64,000 nucleotides of DNA from Pseudogymnoascus verrucosus. Taxonomy: Eukaryota. Position numbers and translations under genes: made by a program. Every line of letters starts with the position of its first letter. Within the stretch, counting starts at the first letter, position 1. Below the pieces are notes generated by a model. That model ran no database searches and was not told where the DNA came from. It saw only the letters and a list, made by a program, of their open reading frames with translations. This document shows positions 36,936-49,440 of this stretch, piece after piece. The stretch is taken from the NCBI GenBank assembly GCA_001662655.1, contig KV460284.1; one strand, given 5' to 3'.

Positions 36936-37825
36936 CCGCAAACCGGATCTCTATGCTGAGAAGAGATATTAAATGGAAAACTCGTCAACACATGCTTGCG
37001 CCTTATCAGTTCCATTTTTCGTGTCTTATTCGGTCCATATCTGTTGTTTCGTGGTGGAGCGGCTCCGATTTCCCCAGGAAGCAAAAGGTTCAATTTGGAG
37101 TCGGCTGGCCTTGCTTGTGTGGCCACGATGCTACGTCGTATAGAGCATGGGTTCAACGTGCCAATATATTTACAGCGTGGCTTCAACGAGGAATCCCTTA
37201 TTACCAGTCTTAACATTGATGTCGCTGTGCCCTGCAGCCTGCTGGCTGAACTCTAGAGCCTTGGCTTTGGTGGATCTGCTCTCAATTGGTTGCAACCACG
37301 GCGATCAACTAACGGCCCGAAGCCGCGAACGGTTATAGATCGCAGATTTAAACGGTGCTAACGTAACGATCACGAATCAGAATAATGTACTTTTACGCTT
37401 TTGTTATTGGATCAACTCTGGGGTGGCTAAGGATCCTATATTAATAGCAATATATTCGGCCCCCGTCGCCCCCGATATACAGGCTGAGTCGCCAAGATGG
37501 GATGCAAGTCAGACTTCCTAAACAAGCTTAGTATTTGGGGCAGAGGTCGAATATGGCCCCATAAGCATACACAGGTATCACCCGAAGTTAGAAATTAATC
37601 TACAGAGGGATGATGGGATTCTTCAGGTTGCACTTATTCCTTACTAAAGCATTTGAAAGCAGTTTAGAGTGTCTTTGGCAGTCGCAGAAGGAAAGCGCTT
37701 GGGGGTCTATATATATTCTTTAGTCTAACGTTACTCAAAAATCGAACACGACATAAAAGTGGCTTCCACAGTTTTAAATCCTTCCATTTCACGAGAACAA
37801 GCAAGTCTTTTTGAGCGTAGCAAGC

Positions 37826-40800
37826 ATGTTTCACGAGTTGGAATCTTTAACTCCTGCCGATCGGGATCTTTTTCATCGTTTTGGTCACGGACCTCGTGTT
37901 GAACCTAGATTCTCGTTGGTTCACAAGGCATTCGAAGATGTCGTTGACTCCCAGCCCTCACTAGTTGCTGCTGAACATGATGGCAACAGCGTTACTTATC
38001 AGGAGCTCGAAAGGTTATCCAATGTCCTGGCTAATGACCTCATTCGGAGTGGCCTTGAGCCACGGCAGCGTGTCTGCCTCGTTCTTCAGCGTTCTATTGA
38101 TATGGTAGTTGCAATTCTTGCCGTAATAAAATGCGGTTGTCAATACGTTCCTCTAGATGGCGGAGTAGTGCCCGACAATGTCATGTCCCACATCTTTGAA
38201 GACACACAAGCACAGTTTGTGCTCTGTCTTGGGAAATTCCATCACAAAGTCCAGCAATGTGCTGGTTCCACGACGACGATCGTCGTATTAGATGCTCCTA
38301 GAGATGAAAAGAGCAGCTCCATTTCCACAGAAAGGCCAGCTGTGAGTCTTAATTCATCAGATGGACTATATATCATTTACACCTCAGGTAATTCTCGTAG
38401 AATCTTATGAGGCAAATTTTCTAACCTTGAAAAGGAACCACAGGAAAACCAAAGGGCGTTGATGTCAGCCATCAGAATGTAACCAACCTGATCTGTCTTC
38501 CTCCTGGGAATCTCGGTATCAGTACAGGCACGAAAGTGCCGCAATTGCTATCGATCTCTTTTGACATGGGCAAGTTCCTTTCCCCCTTGATATCTAGAGC
38601 GAGGTCTGATTTGTTTGGCTTCAGCACAATGGGAAATCCTGGCAACACTCTTAAATGGAGGCACGCTGGTTTTGCGTACTTCGAATTGGAATGATGTTTT
38701 AAAGCAGGTAGGTGCCACAGGTTTTATTCAAAGGTCACTCTGCTCACCTTGTTAGGCCAACACGATTATAGCAACGCCATCAGTTCTTCGAAAGCTGGAT
38801 AGAGCTGAATATCCTAACATTCAGGTGGTGGCTTTGGCTGGAGAGCCGTGTCCAAAATCGTAAGTTTTGAATAAAGCCGAGAAGAGCGTTTCACTGACTT
38901 CTAAAAAGGCTGGCTGATGAATGGGCAAAGGAGGCCACTCTCTATCACTGTTGCGGCCCGACAGAGGTTACGATCGTGAACACTATGCATGTTCACCAGC
39001 CAGGGTATGATATGTCGATCGGGCGGCCTGTACCAAACACTGATGTGTACATTCTTGACGAAAATGAAAATTCCCTTCCAATTGGTAGTATCGGTCTCAT
39101 GTGGGCCGGCGGTCGTTGTGTGTCACGAGGTTATCTGAATCTACCAGAAGAAACGTCAAAGAAGTTCAAACTGAATAAGTTTGTTAATGATGGGTATGAA
39201 GCCAATTCGAAATTATATTTGAATTTGTATACTAATTGCCAGTAATAGGTCTTTTATGTTCAACACTGGTGATCTTGGCCGATGGCGAGACGATGGCACC
39301 TTGGAAACTCTTGGAAGAATCGATGATCAAGTAAAGATTAAAGTGCGTTTATTCATCCTTTTGACACACTGTGATCTTTCCTAACTATCAACAGGGATTC
39401 AGAGTGGAGTTAAGTAGTGTGGCCACTGCAATAGAGGTAAGTCATGTCCACGGCCTGGGCAAAAGCAACATCTTACAAGGTCAACAGCAAACACCCGGTG
39501 TCAGTCGAGCTTGTGCAATTTTGAATAACGAAGTCCTCTGGGGATTCTACTCTGGCCCATCTTATGTCGAAGAGCTTGCTGTAAATGCTGTGGTTAGTAA
39601 ATGTCAGCCATATTATGCCATACCAAGTTCATGGATGTACCGATCCGATCTACCCCTTACTCCAAATGGCAAAATTGACAAGCATGCTCTTTTGGCTTCA
39701 ATACCGGCCAACCAGGAAATGCAGTTAATCGCCCAACCGACTCCAGCAACTCTGAATGACCTAGAGAAATATCCGGTTTCCACGGATGATACAGCTGTCA
39801 CAACTGTTGAGTCAGACACAGGAGTGAATAAAACTGATTCTTCCACTTCGAGTATTCAGGAGAAGCATCCACTTCCACAAAAACTCGGAACCCACGGAGC
39901 TAGAGCGCTGCGTCACCGATTCTTTTCTCTATACCGACGGTTCTTCTCAGTTGTCTTCATAGCCAACACGGTAGCGGTGATTTACATGATCCACCGCTAC
40001 GCAGTCCAAGGACCAGACCTTCCAAGTTTAGGGACCGCAATAGGGGCGAATTTATGTACCGCGGTCTTAATGAGGCAGGACCACGTTGTCAACCTTTTAT
40101 TCACCCTCGCATGCTCTGTCCCCACCTCTGCTCCCCTTTTCATACGGCGCAACTGTGCCAAAGTATATCATATTGGGGGCCTGCACAGCGGTGCAGGCGT
40201 TGCAGCGACTGCCTGGCTTTTGGTTTTCACCATCGCAGCAACAATCGAGTCCGCTCACCCAGCTGTTCTCGCCGTCTCGTACACACTCATAGCGCTGCTT
40301 GTGGGCATAGTCATCTCAGCCCATCCTACATTCCGCGCTCGCTTCCATAATCGGTTCGAGCTGATCCATAGATTTGCCGGATGGACCGCACTGGCGCTGT
40401 TCTGGATACAGACCATCGTGTTGAGCGACAGCTTGCGCGGCACTTCCACATTAGGGAAAGCCCTGATAAACAGTCCAGGCTTCTGGCTCCTCCTCATCGC
40501 TACCAGCAGCGTCGCTCTCCCCTGGCTCAACCTTCGCAAGGTGAACGTTCGACGCGACGTGCTCTCCGGCCACGCAGTCCGTCTCTATTTCGACTACACC
40601 ACCCCAGTCGTAGGCACCGCCGTTCGAATCTCCCAGCGGCCTCTAGTGGAATGGCACGCATTCGCCACAATCGCCAAGCCCAACGAAAAGGGGTTCTCCC
40701 TCCTCGTCTCAAACGCAGGTGACTGGACATTAAACCAGATCCAAAACGGCCCCTCAAAGCTCTGGGTCCGAGGCGTCCCCGCATGCGGCGTTCTTCGAAT

Positions 40801-41155
40801 TGCACCTCTCTTCAAGAAGATAGTGTTGGTCGGCACTGGATCTGGCATCGGCCCCTGTCTGCCTGTCATATACGCCAAGAAAGTTCCATGTCGTATCTTC
40901 TGGTCGACGCCCCATCCGGAGAAGAATTTTGGGCCTGAGATCATCAAGGCTATATATGATGCAGATCCAGACGCAGTGATCCATAATACGAAAACGATGG
41001 GAAGGCCGGATATGGTCGCCATTTCGTATCGTCTTTTGCAGGAGAGCAATGCGGAGGCGGTGTGTGTTATTTCGAATAAGAAGTTGACGCAGATGATCGT
41101 GTATGCTATGGAGAGTAGAGGCATTCCTGCCTTTGGGGCGATTTTTGATTCCTGA
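37826..41155 (+). CDS. tmpL: TmpL/NPS12-like protein: NRPS-type adenylation domain + multi-pass membrane domain + FAD/NAD(P)-binding domain, no thiolation or condensation domain. Introns 38388-38434, 38570-38624 (GC-AG), 38708-38755, 38860-38908, about 39194-39248, 39343-39395, 39437-39487
   Basis: A-domain cores across exons: [64 protein letters not shown]. Then about 6 hydrophobic helices with His residues, EWHAFA, GDWT and GTGSGIGP. The architecture matches the published Alternaria TmpL / Cochliobolus NPS12 class; orthology not verified. Confidence 0.88.
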
Positions 41156-42014
41156 TCGGGGTAGAAAATGCGTGGACGCGTTCGATTCCGTTGGTTGGGA
41201 AAAAACATACTTATGCTACGACTATAAAAATGAGGTGCTAAGGATATCAGCGCTCACGCACCCCAATATATATAACCCCCATTGACATTGTCTTCTCTTA
41301 ACCCGCGAGTGATGGTATCTTCAAAATGGCGCATATCATAGCGAACCCATGCTACGTTTCCTTAGGACCCCGCCTCTCCTCACCTCCCTTCACATCTTGA
41401 CAAGTACTTCAAAATACAGACTCATCGTCAAGAGCCATTCATTAGATTACTCAATTACCAGCGCCTACTAACGCTCTCTCCCCCATCACCCACCCATCCA
41501 TCCACTCAACCCCTCCAGCTCTAACTGTTGAAGACCAGCCATCCCAATCGGCTCATTCAGCCATCTATCTCCCCTCAACCCAACCACCCCAGTTATCAAA
41601 CATCCCATCCCCCTCCATCATGCATCTATCTAAAAACTCCCACGAACCACCCTTCCTCTCTCCCACGAAACCCAGGTCCCCTATTCCTCCACGGTCTGCC
41701 TCTCTATTACAATGCCCACTCAGGGACTGACATGCATCACCACCACCACCATGCCTCCCCACGTCTATACAAAATCCGCTCCAGCGAGACAATTAAGTAT
41801 CCATTCTCTATTACCCCCCCCGCCCCATCAAAACCCTTCCTTCCCCTCATTAAAAAAAACACCAACCTCGCGCCTCGCACCAGCAAAACGTCATCCCCCC
41901 CCCCCCAAAAAAAAATTACAACCCCAAAAATACACTATCATCTGTCCAAAACTCCCCCACTCCACCAGCAGCAGCAAGAAAAAAAGAAGAATTCACAACG
42001 AAGCACACAGCCCC

Positions 42015-44093
42015 TCACACGCTCAGAAACTCCTCCCCACTCACACTCTTCGCCCTCACCCTTCCCACCACCTCCGGCTTGGCACTAACAGCATAAACCA
42101 GCTCCTGCGTCCAGAAGTGGCTAAACTGCGCCTGCAGCGCGGGCACACATCCAAACAGCGGCGCCACCAGGGGCGAGACCGCGTAATCGACCAGGTTGCC
42201 GGGGAACTTGCGGAAGGAGAAGACCATGTGCTCCGCGAGCCCGACGGCGGTCATCTCGGCGAGACGCAGGCCGGCGCCGGTGGCGTGGTAGCTCTCGTAG
42301 AGCATGAGGTAGACGGCTGTGCCGCCGAAGCTGATGATGCGGAGGTAGTTGGTTAGGGCGAAGGTCCAGCCGATGTGTAGGGTGTCGGGCTTGTCGGCGG
42401 TGATACAGGTGTAGAGGGAGGAGGCGAGGACGAGGAGGATCATGTGGGTGGGGAGGAAGTGGGCCTCGAAGAGGCGGTGGAAGAGGTAGAAGATGCGGAT
42501 GTAGTCGGGGGAGCTGACGTCGCCGTGCGTGACGTCGGAGAAGATGCCGTTCTCGGCCTTGCGCTCTTCCATCTTCTCGTCGGGGGTGGGGAGGTAGTCG
42601 GTTTCGGCGTTGAGGGTCGTGTGGAGTGGTCTGTAGGTGTGGACTGTCGTCTTCCTGTTCTTCCACAGCTTGACCATTTGTCTCATCGCATATCCGCTAT
42701 CCAAAGCACCCCACATATGGCGCATAGCCTGTGCGTATCTTGCGCGGATATCCATAACCAAGCCTCGGTGTCCCTTCTGTCCGCTGCACACACTTGTCTG
42801 GCTGACAGGAGACAGAACGGTCCTGCTCGTCAGGTTACCGTTCAAAGCGAAGAAGCACTTCAGATACATGTGCAGATCTTCTCCGATGGCCTCAGGGTCC
42901 GAATCCCAGCCGCCAACGCGGTCTACCAACTCCAGGGGTAGAGAATAGACAGAGGTAGGCGGCCTGATAGACGAACAGGCGTATAGGCCAGACAATCCAG
43001 CTGCGCACCATAGGATATCAGCAACTCGGACAACAGTCGGGACAAGATGGGCGTTTCTGTCGAATAAGATAGGTGCTGAGTATAGGGTGGTTTGTGCCAA
43101 CTCCGGGTATTCGAGATGCATATTAGTAATTAAAGCGGTGTAGTTCGAAGAAAGGTGGCTATCGGCTGTTGAACCTCAGTGTTAGCATATCTGCACCCCT
43201 TGACAATGAAATGAAGGGACATACCATCTATTCCAGTAATAATGACATCTCTGCGCTCCTCAATAGAATATCTCTCGCTGAGCTTCCGCGCCGCCCATGC
43301 GGCGTTGCTACCTTTTCCAGGCGCCTCGCCTGGAATATCACTCGGGTGCATCGTAAAGTAGATAAAACGAAACTTCTTCATATACTCGGAGACCAGGCCC
43401 ATAGCCTTTACTTCTGCGCCAGATTCGCGGGTCTCCATTGCAAGATATACCTATTAAGATCGGTTAGAACCATCGCCATTGATCGTGGGGCTCAGAGGAA
43501 GGGCTACTCACATCATAACTCAATCGTGCCTGAGGATGAGAAGCAAGAACATCCAAGGTCTCGCGCAGCCCGTCGACATCCTCCTTGTAATTAGGGATTA
43601 TAATAGCATGAATAACCTTGTCCTGGTCATACTCAACATCGGTAACGGAGTCGATCATGTCAGAGTCTCCCGCATCACTGGAAGCCGTGGTCGAGGCAAG
43701 GGATGATGTGAGAGTCACATCACTCGCGAGAGACATGAATGAAAGCCTGCGTGTCGGGCCATACTTGAAGCGCTGTAGACTCCTGTTGCGCGAAACAGCT
43801 TTCACACCGCGCGTGAGGCTGCCCACTGCTAAGCATGCTCGGACAGGGAACATGAGGACCATGACATGAATGAGGACGGAGTAGTATGCGAAAGCGAGAG
43901 TCCAGTAGCCTCCATTGGTGATGGGTGCCGTTGTATGCGAGGCATGGCTCGGCGCTTTGGAATCACCGTGTGGCTTTTGGATATTTTGTTTGCGCGTCGA
44001 CCACTCGAGGTATAGTGATATGGACAGCAGGGACGCCAATGTGAGGACTGAGAGGCCTCCCACTCGCCGGGTGGCCCATAGAAATATTGACAT
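42015..44093 (-). CDS. Membrane-bound family 2 glycosyltransferase; exons 44093-43512, 43450-43225, 43165-42015
   Basis: HAIIIPNYKED, GKGSN, DAD (formed across intron 2), GGWD..AIGED and QAMRHMWG (QxxRW-like); N- and C-terminal TM helices; two canonical introns. Confidence 0.88.
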
Positions 44094-46945
44094 TGTGGCG
44101 GAGGTGAGGAGGTGAGAACGGCGTGCACGCCGTGTGAGAAATCTGTGTTCACGATAGGGTGAATAGTTGTCGTCTGGACAGATGTAAAGGTGGAAGGACG
44201 ACTCGAGGGACAGTCTAGTCTGTGAGAGGTGAGAGATTAAGGTTGCCTGCCAAGTGTCTATTAAGCAGGAGAGACAGGTTTATTAGGGAAGCCGCGATTA
44301 AGTGAGAATAAGCCGAAGGAATAAGGTAAGGGGGAGAAAGAGGTAGAATATTTTGGGGAAACGAGATTAGGAGGAGACACGAGCGGGTAAGATAGGGAAC
44401 ATAGGGCAAAGAATATATTTGAGGAGGGGAGCTTTTCATAACCCAATCTGGTATTGCTTATACCGGTGGCTTGGGGTCACACTTTCTCCTCGGGGTCCCC
44501 TTCATCAGGGTCCTCCCCATCTCACACCCCCCACTCACCTCACCGCCGACTACTTCCAGGAGTAGTAAACGGGGGGGACATCAAAAGTTGGCCAGAAGCC
44601 AAGAGTAAACGGACGTGCCTCCAAGGAAATATGCCGGGTCTAGGGAGGATGATCAAGCAAGGAGGCCCAGTATAAAAAAAAATGGTAGAGTAGCACAGAC
44701 AGTACGGCAAGCTGCACTATACCTGTCGTACCAAGACTTACGGGGAAGATTGACAGAGACACCATCGATGCCGGGGGTCTGGATGGTCATTTTTCACGAT
44801 GCAGCCACCCACCTAGCCAACCAACCAAACACTGCTGCGAAGCACGGGCCGTAGCGAGATGATGAGGAAGGCGCAGCTCTCTGTGGTTGCCATCTAAATG
44901 AATGGTAGGAGGATGAAGTTTCTGAGGTGGAAAGTGCAGCAAGGGAAGGAGCAGGCCCGCTTGGGCTAGATCGATGGGGCTCGGCGGAGGGAGTGGAGGG
45001 AAAAGGGCATAATTTGCTCAGATCACCCGTGTTCAGCGGCTGGGTGATAGTCGAGATCTTCCCCACATGTAAATGGCGCATCTGAGGTTGGTTGGGAGGG
45101 AGTGCATCGTGGCTCCCTCTCTGCATTACACGATGTCCCGTATCCAGAGTGTAGCAGGTTTATGCGTAGTAGAATGGAGGGCCTCATCAGGTCCTGCAAT
45201 CTCGGGCCAACGCAGCGGGATGGGATGGCCTATTCCTATGGGTAACTGAGCATAGCCCGTTTCCGTCTCTGGTCAGCCAACATACTGAACCACGGAACCG
45301 CCGCTGGCTGGACCAAGTAAGTCAGTCAGGTACAAGAGTCAGTCAGAGACAATATTGTGATAGCACCCCCCTTGCCGTGTCACCATCTCCACCAGGCACC
45401 AGCGAAAGGTAGAGGAAACGCCAAAATCGAAATCTCACAGAAAGTTTGGCCTTACCGAACCAACCTATCCCCTCCAATAACTCCCCTTTTCTCCCTTGCG
45501 TCCGCCTTCATGCCCCACTACTGCCGCGCCGGGAAAGTGAAGTGACAAGTTTTAGTTTGACAAACAGCCGCCACAAGCCTGCCAAGCTGTCTTATTACGA
45601 TAGACTGGACTAGATCCCTGAGAGACAGTGGCCATAGCATACAATGCTTGGCATGGCGTATATGGCAGCGTTTGACAGGTCTTTGTCATCATTCGGGGAT
45701 GCTAGCTGGTATGTACGACATGCCGTTGGCTGTACGCCGGATCGGAATAATTTATTCTCGTCCCATTTCCACAACACACAACCACCTCGCTTCAAATAAC
45801 TACAGTATGGTACGCAGTCCACTTGATAAAATTTTGATATTCAGATATGCGCTCTTGGGGCCATAGGTACTGTACATCCAACAATATAGCTACGATACTC
45901 TTCATTACCAGACTACCAACCCATCTCCCCCATCCCACACACAAACCCACACACAAGCCTTCCCTAGCGCCTCCCTCCCCCCCCACGTTCCCTCCCCCCT
46001 CCCCCCATTGGCCTCTCACACATCGCCCATCTCCTTTCGCACCCCCCATCCAGCCAATCACGCCTCCACACCCCCCTTCTCCTGTCAAAATTAAACTTTC
46101 CCTCCCCGATCAGATTCCCCCTACTAAACACCCTCTGTGCGCAGCTATTTCTCTTGGCGGACAGCTATAGTAAGTGTTCGCCAAGAGTCAGAGCTGTCCA
46201 CCTGGTCTCCCCCGATCCAGAAACGAACGGAAGGCCCATTTTCTCAGCTATGACCAGCGCTGGGCGTGGGATGGCAGAGGGAGATGGGTGGGTGTCGGGC
46301 GTGGACGGGCTGGATGGGGGGAGGGGCGGGCTGGAGAGGGAGGGAGGGACGGAGGGCGAGACCAATCTGAGGATGGGGGTTATACCACGTGTAGGATGGG
46401 GATGTGTGAGTCTCTATTTAGGGGTGTGCGGTGGTGGTGGTGGTATCGTTTTCCATTTCCAAGGTGTGTTTGCATGTGGAGGGGGACGTTGGTTATCTTC
46501 ATCAAACCGCCGTGGTACGGGCGAATGGCAGGCTGGGTGTTTGCAATGGAGTTTCCAACAGAGTGGGGGGTGGTGAGGGTGTGCTGAAACGTCTTCGTGA
46601 ACCGTGGGTGGTGACATCCCTCAGGGTGACTCTAGACCCTCGGTTGGGAGGAAGAGGAGGGACCGGAGACATCCACGGCATCTCCTGATTACTGAAGGGG
46701 AAAAAATTCTCCCCTGGGTTCCATGGAGAAAGAGGGGGCCAGCCAGGCTTAAGTCGCCGAACGCGGGGGACCCCGTAGGGACGGCGATTTTCCGACGTCC
46801 AGCGGGTATGGTGTACTTACCTTACTTCCCTACGGACAAGGGAGGACAGTATTGGCATGCAGGTAGCCTGTAGCCACGAGAGAAGAGCTGTGATATATCC
46901 CGATCCTTGTAGAGCTTACTGCTTACTCAACCTGACAAGCTTTTG

Positions 46946-46993
46946 GAGGCTACGTACGCTCTCGTGTTCAGAGGCTACGTACGTTCTCGTGTA
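46946..46993. repeat. 25-bp tandem duplication
   Basis: GAGGCTACGTACGCTCTCGTGTTCA followed by GAGGCTACGTACGTTCTCGTGTAAC. Confidence 0.85.
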
Positions 46994-47564
46994 ACAAGGC
47001 TTCAGATTATCCTGAAGCTTCGTATTCACCACCGGCGGTTAAAGGCGACACACCCTCTTTCCTTCTCTACAAGGAAGGCGGGACCGTTTACCAACAGAGC
47101 CAGGTCGGGAAGTTCCATTTCACGGCCTGGATGGAGACGCCCAAGCCACCCTGCCGTCCCAGACCCAATCCATCCCATACCAACAAACACCACCACCCAG
47201 CACCTCCTCATTTAGGGAAAATAAAAACAATCAAAAATCGGCCCTCCTCAATTCTCGACGCACTCGAATATTCCACCCGGCTCCCACCCGGCTCCCTTCC
47301 GGAGGTACAACCCCGCATATCCATATCAGCTTTAGAGACATCCATCTATCCCAAAGCAATCCAAACCGCTTACTCACATCTCACACACCCCCCCAACAGA
47401 AACTCACATACCGTACATCTCACCCGTACAAAAGTCCCCAGCCGCAGACGGACGGAGTAAGTAGTCGGTGCCAATTTCCCAGCCGCGGAGGCGCCGTTGC
47501 ACAGCCCAGTTTGGGTCGATCGGGGAATTTTGTTTTGCCAGAGCAGGTGGGTGGGACGGGTGGG

Positions 47565-47826
47565 TAGGGCGGTTTTTTTTGGAAGCGGCGTGCTGCGCTG
47601 CAGGTGCGATTTCTTTGAGCAAAGGCGTGATGCCCGTGTCGCGTGTGGTGATGGGATTTGTAGGTAAGTTTTGCTGTTTGGAGATGGGGATGAGGGATGG
47701 GACGGGAGGGTAGGGTAGGTTGGAAACGGCGCGCTGCAGGTGGGGGGTTTTTGGGCGAAGGGATGGTGTCTTGTCGCGTGTGGTTACGGGGGTTGTGGAC
47801 TGTTTGGAGATGGGGATGAGGAATGG
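47565..47826. repeat. Degenerate tandem duplication, unit about 130-140 bp
   Basis: Collinear shared blocks GCGCTGCAGGTG, TGTCGCGTGTGGT and CTGTTTGGAGATGGGGATGAGG each occur twice. Confidence 0.75.
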
Positions 47827-48592
47827 CCAGGCGTAGGTATGCGGGTCGTGGACACTGCATTGCTGCTGGACCGGGTCACTCAGGGGGAGGGTTACATTGA
47901 TCTCAAGAGGGCTCACAACGGTACAGTCTTGTATTCCACGTAAACTCGTCACGATATTGTAATTTGAAGGATCCCTCGGGGTATAATATTCCAGCTACCG
48001 AACACCACATCCGTCCTCGAACATGCTACAGACCCCGCAAATCCCACTGCAGCCGTAGCTTATCAATCCGCATCTTCCCCTCGTTCGGGCACGGAACCGG
48101 GTTAGGTATTTGGGATTTCCGATTTCCGAGGCCTCGTGCTACCTCCTCCTGCACTGTGTAACGATGCTGAGATTACGTGTGCGCTGTGGATAACTTGTGG
48201 ATGAGACAACAGGATATGCTCCGACGATGCAGCTGGTGTCTTGTTTTCGTGCTTGGTGGGTTGGTCTTGGGGTGAGCTCTTTTGGTCTCAGCTGCGGGGT
48301 TGGATTTCGTGGGGAGGATGTCGTGTGCTGTGTCGAGGATTGCGTTCTGGTGGTGAATTGCCCGATGCAGAAATTTGGTAGGGGTCTGCGATCAAGTGCT
48401 TCTCCTCTTGTGCTGTATGTCCGGCGCTGCTCTTCTCATTCTTCATGCTCAGCTGCACAGAGGCATATCCAGCCCTCATATCACCATACGACCTCCATCC
48501 CCGCCATCGCACCCACACAAAAGCCTCTCTCCCATCCCACCGCCATCCCCCCCCCCTTTTTCACCACCACCCAAAAAAAACCAAACCCCTTC

Positions 48593-49275
48593 TCAAACCT
48601 TCTCCAACGTCTTCTGAATCGGCTTCGCCGCATCAATAAAATTCTCCAACTGCTTATCCAGACTCGCCAAATCCTCCTTCCTCCTCTTATTATCCGCAAT
48701 CAACCCCTGCTTCATCTTCAAAAGCCCCTGCCTCTGCTGCTCCAGCGCCTCCCTCTCCGCATGCTCATGCTCAATCCGCGCCGCCATCAATGCCTCCTCA
48801 TCCTTCCCAACGTGCTCCGGGAAGAGAGTTAGGAACTCGGATTCGGGGATCAGGGGGAGCTCGAGGTATTTGTGGCTGCCATTTTCGTTAGTAACTAAAC
48901 TTCCAGCCATTGGGGAGGACGGGGGGGGGGGACAAACTCATAAGCCTCACAAGCCGCAATCTCGCCCTGCAAATGCCTCTGCTCGTAATACAGATTCTGC
49001 AACTGCAAGTGCAGCCTATCGACCTCCTGGCGCGCCTCAGCCGTCTGCGCCTTGGTGTCGCGCGCGCCGAAGGTGGCTTGGCGCTGGAGACCGCGCAGCT
49101 GGGCCAGGTAGCCGTTGAGCAGCTTCTGTTGCTTGGAGATCTGGAGGGCGGCGGTGGAGGGGGGGAGGGGCGAGGAGGTCAGGGTGAGGAGGTCGATGGC
49201 TTGTTGGCGGGCTTCGCGGGAGGCGATGAGGACGGCTTTGAGGGAGGGGTCGGTGACGACCGTGTCGATTGCCAT
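48593..49275 (-). CDS. THOC5: THO complex subunit 5 (FMIP/Thoc5 family, short fungal form); exons 49275-48938 and 48875-48593
   Basis: TAEARQEVDRLHLQLQNLYYEQRHLQGEIAAC, LPLIPESEF and MAARIEHEHAER...L motifs; intron with CTAAC branch site. Confidence 0.88.
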
Positions 49276-49440
49276 TGTTGCGATTGTGGGGGAGAGTTAG
49301 GCTTGTGTTTGTTTGTGGAGGTAGGTTCTGTAGAACGGTAGGTGGTTTTGTTTGCTGAGATCGTGGAGAGTTGAGGTCGAGGCTGATAGTTCAGCCTTAC
49401 GTCTTGTCTTGTCTGTCTGTGTTCTCCCTTGTTACCAACG

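Noticed and set aside
37826..41155. Canonical NRPS secondary-metabolite synthetase
   Set aside because: No thiolation, condensation or thioester-reductase domain visible; architecture is A-TM-FAD/NAD.
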